Source of the DNA: Dehalococcoidia bacterium
GTDB lineage: Bacteria; Chloroflexota; Dehalococcoidia; Bin125
Assembly (NCBI GenBank): GCA_963555985.3
Contig: OY820591.1
Span: 2,592,001 to 2,656,000 of the forward strand
Length of the DNA stretch: 64,000 bases
Direction of reading: 5' to 3'
In this document: positions 28,234 through 37,730 of the stretch, piece after piece
Position numbering within the stretch: the first letter of the stretch is position 1
Layout of the letters: the number at the start of each line of letters is the position of its first letter
Position numbers and translations under genes: made by a program
The notes under the pieces: generated by a model
Told to the model about the DNA's origin: nothing
The model's input: the letters and a program-made list of their open reading frames with translations, nothing else
Database searches by the model: none

Positions 28234-30282
28234 CTAGGCCTGGAACTGCGGATGGGTCGTGTCCATCCAGGTCTGGTCGTGGTTGTGCGAGTCGTGCGCG
28301 AACTGCCAGGTGTCCTCGTCGCGGTTGACGTACGGCCACCAGATCGTCGGCACCACGCCGTTCATCACGCCGAACCAACTGAAGATGCCGTCGAGACCAT
28401 GTTCGCTGTTGGGGTAGCCGCCGCCTTCGTCGACGCCGAGGCCGATCCGCTGCACTTCGCGAGCCATGTCGCGCCGCTGCTCGGTGTCGAGCGTAACCGT
28501 CATCTTGTCGATGATGTCCTCAACCGGCTGGTAGTTGTACTGCGTCACGTTGGAAGCGCCGCCACGCTTCAGCGCGAGCCCGAACTGCGCAGTCGGATCG
28601 AGGTCGGCGGGCGGGTTCGTCCAGGTCGGCGCGCGGCCGGGGAAGGTCTTGTTGTCGAACCGGTCCTGCATCACCGTGTACGGCTGGAGATCGAGCTCGA
28701 CGTTGAAGCCGACCGCCTCGCTGTACATGTTCCGAGTCGTCTCGGAGATGCCCGGGTAGGTCTGCTCCCAGATGTCCGGGATGTAGATCGTGACCGAGCG
28801 GCTGGTGTCGAAGCCGGACGCGGCGATCAGCTCGCGGCAGAGCTGGATATCTGCCTCGCGGTCGATCCGGTAGCCGGGGAAGGTCCGCAGTTCGTCCGCC
28901 GGGATCGTCCAGTAGGTGCTGAACCAGGGGCAGTAGTGGGTGCCGGACGGCTTCGCCGCGCCGAGGTACACGGCGTCGATCAGCAGGTCGCGGTCGACCG
29001 CGACGTGCATCGCATAGGCGAAGCGGCGGTCGAGGTACGGGTTGCCGAGCCCGTCGGAGCCTTCCCAGCCCGGCTCATAGGTGCCGGTCACGGTCACGAT
29101 CGTGTAGCCGAACGCGCCTTCCGCGACCGGATGGTCGGGGAAGTCGCCGGTCAGCTCCTCCACCTGCACCGATGAGAGCGGGAAGCCGCCGATGTCGATC
29201 TGCTGGCCGCGATAGGCGGCGTCCACCGCCGTCGGGTCGGTCAGGTTGACGAAGTCGATCGCGTCCGGATACGGCAACTGTTGGCCGTCCGCCCCGATTT
29301 TCCAGTAGTCCGGGTTGCGCTCGAGGTAGATCCCGATGTCCGGGTCGTAGCTGAGCGGGATGTAGGGGCCGGAACCGGACGAGAGCTCCACGTTCGCGGT
29401 CTCGTCGCGCCAGCGGTCGCCGAACTCCTGGATGCCCTCAGGCGAAGTGAACCACGAGAATGGGCGCAGAATGGTGCCGCCGAGGTAGGTGGCGTCCGCG
29501 CCGTCGGTGCGGGCGATGAAAGTCTGGTCGTCAGGGACTTCCTTCGTGGCCGTCTTGCGGAAAGCGTCCTGACCGCGGAAACGCGCGTCGGGGTTGCCTT
29601 CGTTGTCGAGCGCCGCGATCTGGCGGTCGAAGTTGATGTCGATGTCCTGCGCGGTGACAGCGCGGCCGCCCTCGGTCGGGTAGCGGTCCCACCAATGCGC
29701 GCCCTGGTCGATGCTGAAGATGTAGGTCTCTTCGTCGGGCAACTCCGGCAGCGAAGCGAGGTCCGACTCCATGATCCCCTTCTCTTTGTTCGCCCAGCGG
29801 ATGAGGTAGTTCATGTAGAACCCCATCCAGTAGACGGTGGGACCAAAGACGCCGCGGTGCGGGTCGAAGAAGTCGTGCGTGGCCGCGGGCGTCGAGAACT
29901 TCAGCGTGCCCCCGTAGGTGCGGGCCGCAACCATCTGCTGCTCTTGCGCCTGCTGCTGCGCCTGTTGTTGGGCGGCCTGTTGCTGCGTCTGCTCTTGCTG
30001 CTCAGCTTGGGCGGCCTGCTGTTCGGCCTGTTGCTGCGCCTGCTGTTGGGCGGCCTGTTGCTGAGCCTGCTCTTGCGCCTGCTGCTGCATCGCCTGTTGC
30101 TGGGCTTGCTGCTGAGCCTGCTGCTGCGCGACCGCGGCCGGCTGACTGTCGTCGTCATCGTCGCCGCAGCCGACCAGCGCCAGACCAGCCGCGCCCACGC
30201 CGGCGCGTCCCGACGCCCGCAAGAGCGCACGCCTGCTCACCCGCGATCGTCGCATGCGCTGCCAATAGTTTCGCTCGCTCAT
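28234..30282 (-). CDS. Family-5 ABC substrate-binding lipoprotein 6
   Basis: Same leader with AGGAGG RBS, Q/A linker, TYGGTL, SGSGPY and ERNPDYW. Confidence 0.92.
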   Translation of the reverse strand: MSERNYWQRMRRSRVSRRALLRASGRAGVGAAGLALVGCGDDDDDSQPAAVAQQQAQQQAQQQAMQQQAQEQAQQQAAQQQAQQQAEQQAAQAEQQEQTQQQAAQQQAQQQAQEQQMVAARTYGGTLKFSTPAATHDFFDPHRGVFGPTVYWMGFYMNYLIRWANKEKGIMESDLASLPELPDEETYIFSIDQGAHWWDRYPTEGGRAVTAQDIDINFDRQIAALDNEGNPDARFRGQDAFRKTATKEVPDDQTFIARTDGADATYLGGTILRPFSWFTSPEGIQEFGDRWRDETANVELSSGSGPYIPLSYDPDIGIYLERNPDYWKIGADGQQLPYPDAIDFVNLTDPTAVDAAYRGQQIDIGGFPLSSVQVEELTGDFPDHPVAEGAFGYTIVTVTGTYEPGWEGSDGLGNPYLDRRFAYAMHVAVDRDLLIDAVYLGAAKPSGTHYCPWFSTYWTIPADELRTFPGYRIDREADIQLCRELIAASGFDTSRSVTIYIPDIWEQTYPGISETTRNMYSEAVGFNVELDLQPYTVMQDRFDNKTFPGRAPTWTNPPADLDPTAQFGLALKRGGASNVTQYNYQPVEDIIDKMTVTLDTEQRRDMAREVQRIGLGVDEGGGYPNSEHGLDGIFSWFGVMNGVVPTIWWPYVNRDEDTWQFAHDSHNHDQTWMDTTHPQFQA

Positions 30283-30405
30283 GGGAACCTCCTGGTCACC
30301 GCTCATTCGCGCGGTGTGCAACCGCTAACGCTAATCGTCGCTGCGATTGTATGTCAAACTATTGTCGGAACGTTCGACTCCGCAGCCTCGCCGGAAAGCT
30401 CGCCC

Positions 30406-31242
30406 ATGCCTCAGCCGCCGCCCCTCGATCCGAACCAGCCGCCCGCCCAATACCTCGCCGAAATGCAGCGCCAGATCTACGAGGGCTGGGAGCGCGCCGC
30501 CGACTTCTTCGACCAACGCTGGGGCGACCAGGGCGACGAGTTCCACCACGACGTCTTCGCCCCCGCCGCCGAGCGAATGCTGGGCCTGGAGCAGGGCGCA
30601 TCGGTCGTCGAATTCGCCTGCGGGAACGGAGCCTTCGCCCGGCGGCTGGGCCGCGCCGGGATGCGAGTGCTGGCGACTGACCTCTCACCCAGCTTGATCG
30701 AACACGCCAAGCGGCGCACAGAGACGATCTCGGATCAGCGCGTGGATGCGCGTTATGAAGCGTTGGACGCGACCGACGAACGCGCCATCGTCTCATTGGA
30801 GGGGCAACCGTTCGACGCCGCCGTCTGCATCATGGGCGTGATGTCGATGCCCGCCCTGCGCCCAATGTTCGGCGGCGCAGCCCGCATCCTCAAACCGCGC
30901 GGCGCGTTCGTGATCGTCACCCTCCACCCCGCCTACGCCACCGCCGGAAACCGCTTCCTCCGCGCCGAAGAAGCGGGCAAAGCCCACGCCTTGGGCGTCG
31001 ACCGCTACCTCTCCCGCTTCGTCACCCACGGCGTCACCAACATCCAGCAAAAAGAGCGCCAGGTCTACTTCCACCGACCCTTGGGCGAACTCCTCAACGA
31101 CGCCTTCGCCGTCGGCCTCACCCTCGACGGCATTGAAGAACTAGCCGCCCCCGAGCAACCAATCGAAGAATCCCGCCTGATGTGGAACGTGCTCCCCGAA
31201 ATCCCAATGGCCATCGCCCTCCGCCTGCGCCGATCCGGCTAG
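30406..31242 (+). CDS. Class I SAM-dependent methyltransferase
   Basis: Motifs VVEFACGNG, ATDLS, FDAAVC and ARILKPRGAF. The real gene is the C-terminal part of track ORF 29281-31242. Confidence 0.88.
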   Translation: MPQPPPLDPNQPPAQYLAEMQRQIYEGWERAADFFDQRWGDQGDEFHHDVFAPAAERMLGLEQGASVVEFACGNGAFARRLGRAGMRVLATDLSPSLIEHAKRRTETISDQRVDARYEALDATDERAIVSLEGQPFDAAVCIMGVMSMPALRPMFGGAARILKPRGAFVIVTLHPAYATAGNRFLRAEEAGKAHALGVDRYLSRFVTHGVTNIQQKERQVYFHRPLGELLNDAFAVGLTLDGIEELAAPEQPIEESRLMWNVLPEIPMAIALRLRRSG

Positions 31243-31298
31243 AGCCTATTCACACTTGCGATCGTCAAATCAGCCCGTCGTGCCATGCGCTCCGAATT

Positions 31299-31392
31299 CC
31301 GTCATTGCCGCGCTCGCCGCGGCAATCTCGATCTGTTGACCACGACGGTGCTGCTTACGGCGAGATACCCGCGGCAAGCGCGGGCATGACGG
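31299..31392. repeat. REP-like palindrome, family A (inverted pair)
   Basis: CCGTCATTGCCGCGCTCGCCGCGGCAATCTCG ... CGAGATACCCGCGGCAAGCGCGGGCATGACGG. Confidence 0.8.
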
Positions 31393-31452
31393 AGTCGGAG
31401 CTGGGATGACGGAGTCAGACGGTGGTACGTGGATAGGCCTTAGGATGATCCA

Positions 31453-34400
31453 ATGACCTTCTCCTGGGAACTCTGGCGATTCACTCAGGGCGTGCGCTGG
31501 CGCATCGCCCTTGCCGTCTCAGTCGGACTCTGCGCCGTCGCCGCTGGTGTCGCCAGACTCGCCCTCCTCGGCTGGATCGGCGCGCGCATCTTCGAAGGCG
31601 ACAGCTTCAGCGACCTGATCCCACTGATCATCGCCACCGCCGCCTCAATCGCCGCCCGCTCAATTTTCCTCTATGCCAAGGAAGAAATCGCCAACGGCAC
31701 CGCCCTCCAAGTCCAGTTCTCCCTCCGCCAGCGACTCTTCGATCAGGTCGCCCGCCTCGGACCCTCACACTTCGACCGCCGGCGCACCGGAGACGTCACC
31801 GTCGGCGTGATCGAAGGCGTTGAACAACTCGAAACCTTCTTCGGTCAATACCTCCCCCAACTGATCGTCGCCGCGCTCGCCCCGATCGGCATCTTCATCT
31901 TCATGGGCTGGCTCGACCTCCCCGTCGCCGCGATCTACTTCGGCTTCGCCCTCGTCACCCTCGTGCTCCCCCAGTTCCTCAAGCGCCAGAACGCCGAAGC
32001 CTCCCTCCGCCGCCGCGACGCCTACGGCTCCTTCGCCGCCGACTTCCTCGATTCCGTCCAGGGCCTCGCCACCCTCAAAGCCTTCGGCCAAAGCGGACGC
32101 CGAGGCGCAGAACTCGCAGAGCGCGCGCAGGTCGTCTTCCGCACCACCATGGGCGTCCTCTTCCACAACGCGATCGCCCAGGGACTCACCATCCTCGCCA
32201 TCACCGTCGGCGCGGCCGTAGCGCTCTTTGTCGGCGCGCTCCGCGTCGAAAGCGGCGCGATGGAGCTGGCCGAGCTGCTGGTCGTGCTGATGCTGGGCGT
32301 CGAAGTCTTCCGGCCCCTCCGCGAACTCAGCCAACTCTTCCACCAGGGCCTCCTCGGAGTCGCCGCCGCCCAAAGCGTGCTCGACGTCGATCAGGCCAAG
32401 CCGCTCACACCCGACGCCGAGGCCGAACCGGCGGGAGCGCTCCAACCCCGCATCGAGTTCGACAACGTCACCTTCAGCTATCCCACCGGCCGCAGACCCG
32501 CGCTCAGCAACGTCTCCTTCACCGTCGAACCCGGACACCGGATCGGCGTCGTCGGACGCTCCGGTTCGGGCAAGTCCACCCTCGTCTGGCTCTTGCAGCG
32601 CCTCTACACACCTCAAGAAGGCGCGATCCGCATCGGCGGCCACAACCTCAACGAACTCCGTTTCGCCGACATCCGCGCACAGATGGCCGTCGTCCTCCAG
32701 GACACCTATCTCTTCCACGGATCAGTGCTCGCCAATCTCCGCTTCGCCAAACCCGACGCCACCGACAACGAGATCCGCGCCTCCGCCCAAGCCGCCAACG
32801 CCCACGAGTTCATCAGCGCCCTGCCGGAGGGCTACGCCACCGTGATCGGCGAACGCGGACACCGACTCTCCGGCGGCGAACGCCAGCGCATCGCCATCGC
32901 CCGCGCCCTCCTCCGCGACGCCCCGATGCTGATCCTGGACGAAGCCCTCTCTAGCGTGGACGCCGAGAACGAAGCCACCATCCAGGCCGCGCTCGATCGC
33001 CTCATGCAAGGCCGCACCACCCTAATCATGGCCCACCGCCTCTCCAGCGTCCGCGACTGCGACGAAATTCTGGTGCTTGACGAGGGCCGTCTGGTTGAGC
33101 GCGGAGACCACGAAGCGCTCCTCGCCGAAGGCGGCGTCTACGACTGGCTGATGGCCGGTCAGATGACCGATCCCAGCCTCGACGGATTCGTGGACGACGC
33201 GCCCCCGCCCGAGCTCGCCGCCGCAGCTGAAACCGGCACGCTGGCGATCCGCGACTCCGGCAGCGACGCAACCGAAGCCATCATCCGCGCTGAGGGCATG
33301 GGCTGGCGCGAGACCTCCACACGACTGCTCGGTTTAGCCGCGCCCTACTGGTTCAAGACCACACTCTCCTTCGGAACCGGCGTCGCCCACTTCTTCGGAG
33401 CCATCGCCGTCGGCGTGATCGGCGCGCTCATGGTCGCCAACGTCCGCGACGGCGAGTCGATCGGATTGCTCGCTGCCCTCCTGATCCTGGTCGCTGTCCT
33501 CACCGGACTCTTCCGCTTCCTCGAAAACTGGGTCTCCCACGACATGGCCTTCCGCCTCCTCGCCGACATGCGCATCGCTCTCTTCCGCAAGCTCGATCAG
33601 CTCGCGCCCGCCTATCTCTTGCGCCGCCGCACCGGCGATCTGGTCTCAATGGCCACCCAAGACGTCGAGACCGTCGAATACTTCTTCGCCCACACCATCG
33701 CCAACGCATTCGTCAGCGTCGTCATCCCGGGAGCCGCGCTGATCACGCTCTTCGTCGTCGATTGGCGCTTGGGACTCGGACTCGCCCCACTGCTGATCCT
33801 TGCCGCACTCAGCCCCCTCTTCACCCGCCGAATCGTCGATCGACTCGGTTCCCGCTCCCGCGACCATCTCGGAGCGCTCAACGCCCACATGGTCGACACC
33901 CTCCAGGGACTCCGCGAAGTCACCGCCTTCCAGCGAGAGAAGGAACGCAAGGCCGAGTTCGAGGGCCTGATGCGCGAATACATGCCCATCCGCGGCGGTT
34001 TCAACCGCCAGATCTCCGCCCAGCGAACCCTGCTCGAGGGACTGACCGGCTATGGCGGTCTCGCCGTCATCACGATCGGCGGTGTGCTGGCCGTCCGCGG
34101 CGACATCGACTCCTCCCTCGCCCCACTCCTGACCTTGCTCGCAATGGGCGCATTCATGCCCGTCGCCGAACTCGCCCAGGTCGGCCGCCGACTCGGAGAC
34201 ACGCTCGGCGCCACCCGCCGTCTCACCGCCGTCCACAGCGAGTCGGTCGCTGTCCAGGACGGCCCCGGCGCAGCCGCGAACGGCAAAGGCGGCGTCTCCG
34301 AAGGCGCATTCGCCGCCGTCGGTTTCACCTACGAAGACACCCCGCGCGCGGCACTGGATCACGTCTCCTTCGACCTCAAGCCAGGCGGAACCGTCGCCCT

Positions 34401-35034
34401 CGTCGGTCCCTCCGGAGCCGGCAAAACCACCGCCGCCCATCTCCTGCTCCGCTTCTGGGACCCGCAGGACGGCAAGATCACGCTCGAAGACTCCGATCTC
34501 CGCACCTACCGCCTCGACGAACTCCGAGGCCAAGTCGCGCTGGTCGCACAGGACACCTACCTCTTTAACGCCTCCATCCGCGACAACCTGCTCGTCGCCA
34601 AACCCGACGCGACGGAGGAGGAGTTGTTGCTCGCCATCCAGCGCGCCGGACTCGCCGACTTCGTCGAATCCCTCCCCGAAGGTCTAGACACGCCCGTCGG
34701 AGAACGCGGCGCGCAACTCTCCGGCGGACAGCGCCAACGAGTCGCAATCGGCCGCGCCCTCCTCAAAGACGCCCCAGTGCTGATCCTCGATGAGGCCACC
34801 TCCCACCTCGACGGCCTCAACGAGCGCCTCGTCCGCGACGCGCTGGACGAGTTGATGGAAGATCGCACCACCCTCGTGATCGCCCACCGCCTCTCTACCG
34901 TCCGCGACGCCGATCAGATCGTCGTGCTCGACGAAGGCCGCGTAGTCGAAATTGGCAAGCACGATCAGCTAGCTTCACAAGACGGGCTCTACTCGCGCCT
35001 CGTACGGCGTCAACTTGCCGGAGCCCGTCGCTAG
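31453..35034 (+). CDS. Fused full-length ABC transporter (TMD-NBD-TMD-NBD), CydDC/IrtAB-like
   Basis: Two Walker A motifs (GRSGSGKS, GPSGAGKT), two LSGG(E/Q)RQR signatures, two LILDEA and two AHRLS motifs. Confidence 0.92.
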   Translation: MTFSWELWRFTQGVRWRIALAVSVGLCAVAAGVARLALLGWIGARIFEGDSFSDLIPLIIATAASIAARSIFLYAKEEIANGTALQVQFSLRQRLFDQVARLGPSHFDRRRTGDVTVGVIEGVEQLETFFGQYLPQLIVAALAPIGIFIFMGWLDLPVAAIYFGFALVTLVLPQFLKRQNAEASLRRRDAYGSFAADFLDSVQGLATLKAFGQSGRRGAELAERAQVVFRTTMGVLFHNAIAQGLTILAITVGAAVALFVGALRVESGAMELAELLVVLMLGVEVFRPLRELSQLFHQGLLGVAAAQSVLDVDQAKPLTPDAEAEPAGALQPRIEFDNVTFSYPTGRRPALSNVSFTVEPGHRIGVVGRSGSGKSTLVWLLQRLYTPQEGAIRIGGHNLNELRFADIRAQMAVVLQDTYLFHGSVLANLRFAKPDATDNEIRASAQAANAHEFISALPEGYATVIGERGHRLSGGERQRIAIARALLRDAPMLILDEALSSVDAENEATIQAALDRLMQGRTTLIMAHRLSSVRDCDEILVLDEGRLVERGDHEALLAEGGVYDWLMAGQMTDPSLDGFVDDAPPPELAAAAETGTLAIRDSGSDATEAIIRAEGMGWRETSTRLLGLAAPYWFKTTLSFGTGVAHFFGAIAVGVIGALMVANVRDGESIGLLAALLILVAVLTGLFRFLENWVSHDMAFRLLADMRIALFRKLDQLAPAYLLRRRTGDLVSMATQDVETVEYFFAHTIANAFVSVVIPGAALITLFVVDWRLGLGLAPLLILAALSPLFTRRIVDRLGSRSRDHLGALNAHMVDTLQGLREVTAFQREKERKAEFEGLMREYMPIRGGFNRQISAQRTLLEGLTGYGGLAVITIGGVLAVRGDIDSSLAPLLTLLAMGAFMPVAELAQVGRRLGDTLGATRRLTAVHSESVAVQDGPGAAANGKGGVSEGAFAAVGFTYEDTPRAALDHVSFDLKPGGTVALVGPSGAGKTTAAHLLLRFWDPQDGKITLEDSDLRTYRLDELRGQVALVAQDTYLFNASIRDNLLVAKPDATEEELLLAIQRAGLADFVESLPEGLDTPVGERGAQLSGGQRQRVAIGRALLKDAPVLILDEATSHLDGLNERLVRDALDELMEDRTTLVIAHRLSTVRDADQIVVLDEGRVVEIGKHDQLASQDGLYSRLVRRQLAGARR

Positions 35035-35048
35035 TTGGAGGCACCGCC

Positions 35049-35348
35049 GTGAAACAACTCATCCTCGAACTCATCACCCTGATCTTCTTCTGGCCCCTGC
35101 GCATCGTCTCGCGCCTCTTCGGCCGCCGCGCCAACGCCAAAGTGCGCGACTGGCAGGACGGCATGTGGACCTGGTGGCTGGGAGCAGCCGCCGTCGGCTA
35201 CATGGTCGGCGATCAGCACCTCGGCGCCGACGGCAGTCAGATCCCCGGCGGCTACGACGGCGGTCACCATCACGGCGGCCACCACGACAGCGGCGGAGGC
35301 TTCGACGGCGGCGGCTTCGGCGGCGGCGGCGACATCGGCAGCTTCTAG
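35049..35348 (+). CDS. Small membrane protein with Gly/His/Asp-rich tail
   Basis: GGAGG RBS with GTG start, hydrophobic N-terminus, tail GGHHHGGHHDSGGGFDGGGFGGGG. Confidence 0.7.
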   Translation: MKQLILELITLIFFWPLRIVSRLFGRRANAKVRDWQDGMWTWWLGAAAVGYMVGDQHLGADGSQIPGGYDGGHHHGGHHDSGGGFDGGGFGGGGDIGSF

Positions 35349-35360
35349 CTACGGGCGCCT

Positions 35361-35602
35361 GTCCTCTCCCCCGCCCTGCGGGGAGAGACGCCCAGCTGAG
35401 CCTGCCCCCGCCTTCGAAGACCTTCGCAAAACCCCCATATCCGTCATTCCCGCGCAGGCGGGAATCCATGCAGCGTATCGAGCGGGACGTAGATTTCCGC
35501 CTGCACCGAAATGACGAAACGCGGAGTCTGGGAAGTTTCGCAAAAGCCTGCCCCTGAGCAGGCAGAGGCTCTCCGAAGGCAGGGAGGGATAGAAGGGGGT
35601 CC
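35361..35602. repeat. Mosaic cluster of REP-like palindromes (families A and B, nested AGCCTG hairpins)
   Basis: CCTCTCCCCGCCCTGCGGGGAGAG; CCGTCATTCCCGCGCAGGCGGGAATCC...AAATGACG; TTCGCAAAA/TTTCGCAAAA flanks. Confidence 0.7.
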
Positions 35603-35653
35603 GAACCTCCAACATCCACAACCCGGCGAGAGTCTGATGAACTGAGGTAAACC

Positions 35654-36112
35654 ATGTTCGGCGCAGCGCTCTTTGAGATCGTCATCCTGCTCGTCGTCCG
35701 CCCGCTGCGCTTCCTGGTCGGACTCGTCAGCAAGCGCGCTGCCCAACCCCTACAGCGCGTCGAGGACTGGCTGCTGCATCAAGCCCACGCCATCGGCGTC
35801 GAGTCGCGCACCCGCTATGAGGTCGAGAAGGCGGGCGAAGCGCGGGCATTCCTGGCCAGCGGTCTGACCGACCGCAGCGACGCAGTCTCCAGCCTGCAAG
35901 GCGACACAGTGGAGCAAGCGCGCAGGCTCTCGGGCGCGGATCAAGCCCTGCCGCAAAGCCCGGAGGACGCCGATCCCAGCCTCAGACGAGGCCCGCGCCA
36001 GGTCGAAGCGCGAGAGGGACAAACCCGCTCCGAAGAGATGCAGGAAGCCCTGCTCCGCGCCCAGCGCGAGCAACGCGCACGCGCCGAACGCCAAGCTCGG
36101 CGGCGACCGTAA
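35654..36112 (+). CDS. Hypothetical protein with N-terminal membrane anchor
   Basis: GAGG RBS. N-terminus resembles that of 35049-35348. Confidence 0.65.
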   Translation: MFGAALFEIVILLVVRPLRFLVGLVSKRAAQPLQRVEDWLLHQAHAIGVESRTRYEVEKAGEARAFLASGLTDRSDAVSSLQGDTVEQARRLSGADQALPQSPEDADPSLRRGPRQVEAREGQTRSEEMQEALLRAQREQRARAERQARRRP

Positions 36113-36126
36113 GCGATCACCGGCCG

Positions 36127-36825
36127 CTATTCCGCCTCCGCTTCTGAATCCAACTCTGCCATCAACGCATCGACCTCCCGAATCAGCAGCGGGAGCTCCT
36201 CCCTGACCGTCTGCCAGACTTTGGCCCAGTCAATATTCGTGTACTGGTGAACGAGGAGGTTGCGCTGACCGACGTAGCCCTGGTAGTCCGTGATCCGCTC
36301 CGCAGTGGCCTTGTCCTGCCGCGAGAGACGATTGAGCGACTCCCCGATCCTCGTTAGGGCCTGCGGCACGCTGCGAATCAAATCATCGCTACTCATCATT
36401 TCATCGAAAGACACGTTCGTACCGACTCCGTGTAAGTAGTCGGCCTCCTGCCGAATCTCCCAGAGATACTTCAGCGCTCGATCCGAACTCACGCGAACCC
36501 CGTTTCTAGAGCTTGCCTGACGTCGCTCACCCCACAAATGCGTACGGCTGTCCTTCACAGACTGGCGGAAATACGGGTTCGTGAACTCGACATCCGAGAT
36601 CAGATCCACATCCCGCCCAAAGAGATCGCGCAGCGCCGCTTCGAGCTCTCCGTGAGTGCTGAACCGCGCCTCAGAGTCAAATTTCACCAGAAAATCAAGA
36701 TCGCTGCGCTCCGCATCCCACTCCCCCGTCGCCGCCGAACCAAACAACTCCAACCGGCGCACATGGTGTCGCCGGCAAAGCGCCTCAAGTTGCTGCTGAC
36801 GTTCGCTGATAATGGCGGGGAGCAT
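36127..36825 (-). CDS. Fused MNT nucleotidyltransferase-HEPN (DUF86/HepT-like) toxin-antitoxin protein
   Basis: N-terminal LFGSAATGEWDAERSDLD and FGRDVDL; C-terminal RNLLVHQY (Rx4HxY). One uninterrupted frame. Confidence 0.85.
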   Translation of the reverse strand: MLPAIISERQQQLEALCRRHHVRRLELFGSAATGEWDAERSDLDFLVKFDSEARFSTHGELEAALRDLFGRDVDLISDVEFTNPYFRQSVKDSRTHLWGERRQASSRNGVRVSSDRALKYLWEIRQEADYLHGVGTNVSFDEMMSSDDLIRSVPQALTRIGESLNRLSRQDKATAERITDYQGYVGQRNLLVHQYTNIDWAKVWQTVREELPLLIREVDALMAELDSEAEAE

Positions 36826-36899
36826 CGCTCAGAACCGTCACTGGACTACCGCTGCGATCGAGCATAGCCAGTCGCCGAAGGCGGTCTGCCTGAACAACC

Positions 36900-37730
36900 C
36901 TAGCTCGGCTGCTCCCAGCGGAACGTTCTCGCCGCGAGCGCCAGACCGGCGACCAGCCAAACGATCAGCACCAGCGCGACCCAGTGCAGTTCCCACGCTC
37001 CGCCGGGCTCAATCTGCTGGAACTCGCTGGGCAGGAAGACGCTGCGCAGACCCTGCGCAAGCCAGCGCATAGGGAAAACGCTGGCGATGTATTGCAGCCA
37101 GGTGGGAATGTCGTGGAACGGGAAAAAGACGCCTGAAACGAATTGCAGAAAGATGTAGGGCGCGTTCACGACGGCGGGAGCGGCGCGCACCGTGGGAATG
37201 ATCCGCGTGATCGCGATGCCCATGGTCGTCCCCGCGCCGACCCCAAGAACAAGCACCCAGATCAGCGTCAGCCACTGCGTCCCGGAGGGCGCGTCGAGCC
37301 CGAAGAACGCGATCCCCAGCACCAACATCACCACCACCTGCACGATGGTGATCGCCAGCACGCCCGAAAGCTGGCCGACGAAGAAGGCCGTCTTGGGGAT
37401 CGGCGAGCCGCCTATGCGTTTGAGGAAGCCCATCTCGCGCTGGCTCACGATCGAGATCGAGAGATTGAGAAAAGCGGTGCCAAGCAGCGAAGAGGCGATG
37501 ATCCCGGCCGAGACGTACTGCCGCCCCTCAACCCCGAAGGCGACATCCCAGCTGAAGACGCTCCCGAAAATGATCATCAACATGACCGGGAAGAGCACGA
37601 GGAAGAACATCGCCTGCGGCTCGCGCCACACGGCCTTGAGATTGAGCTTGGTCAGCGTCCACGAGATCCGCAGCAGATGCCGCGCGCCGCCGATCTCACG
37701 CTGTACACCCGCAGTGGTAAGCGCGGTCAC
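36900..37730 (-). CDS. ABC-2 type exporter permease
   Basis: About six TM segments. Motifs REMGFLKRI..SPI and SGVFFPFHDIPTWLQ. Confidence 0.9.
   Translation of the reverse strand: MTALTTAGVQREIGGARHLLRISWTLTKLNLKAVWREPQAMFFLVLFPVMLMIIFGSVFSWDVAFGVEGRQYVSAGIIASSLLGTAFLNLSISIVSQREMGFLKRIGGSPIPKTAFFVGQLSGVLAITIVQVVVMLVLGIAFFGLDAPSGTQWLTLIWVLVLGVGAGTTMGIAITRIIPTVRAAPAVVNAPYIFLQFVSGVFFPFHDIPTWLQYIASVFPMRWLAQGLRSVFLPSEFQQIEPGGAWELHWVALVLIVWLVAGLALAARTFRWEQPS

Noticed and set aside
15128-30405. Long plus-strand ORFs with poly-Leu or poly-Cys runs (e.g. 15128-16447, 21846-23042, 23186-25141, the 5' part of 29281-31242)
   Set aside because: They are antisense shadows of the SBP genes in GC-rich DNA. 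The Leu and Cys runs are the reverse complement of the CAG tracts.
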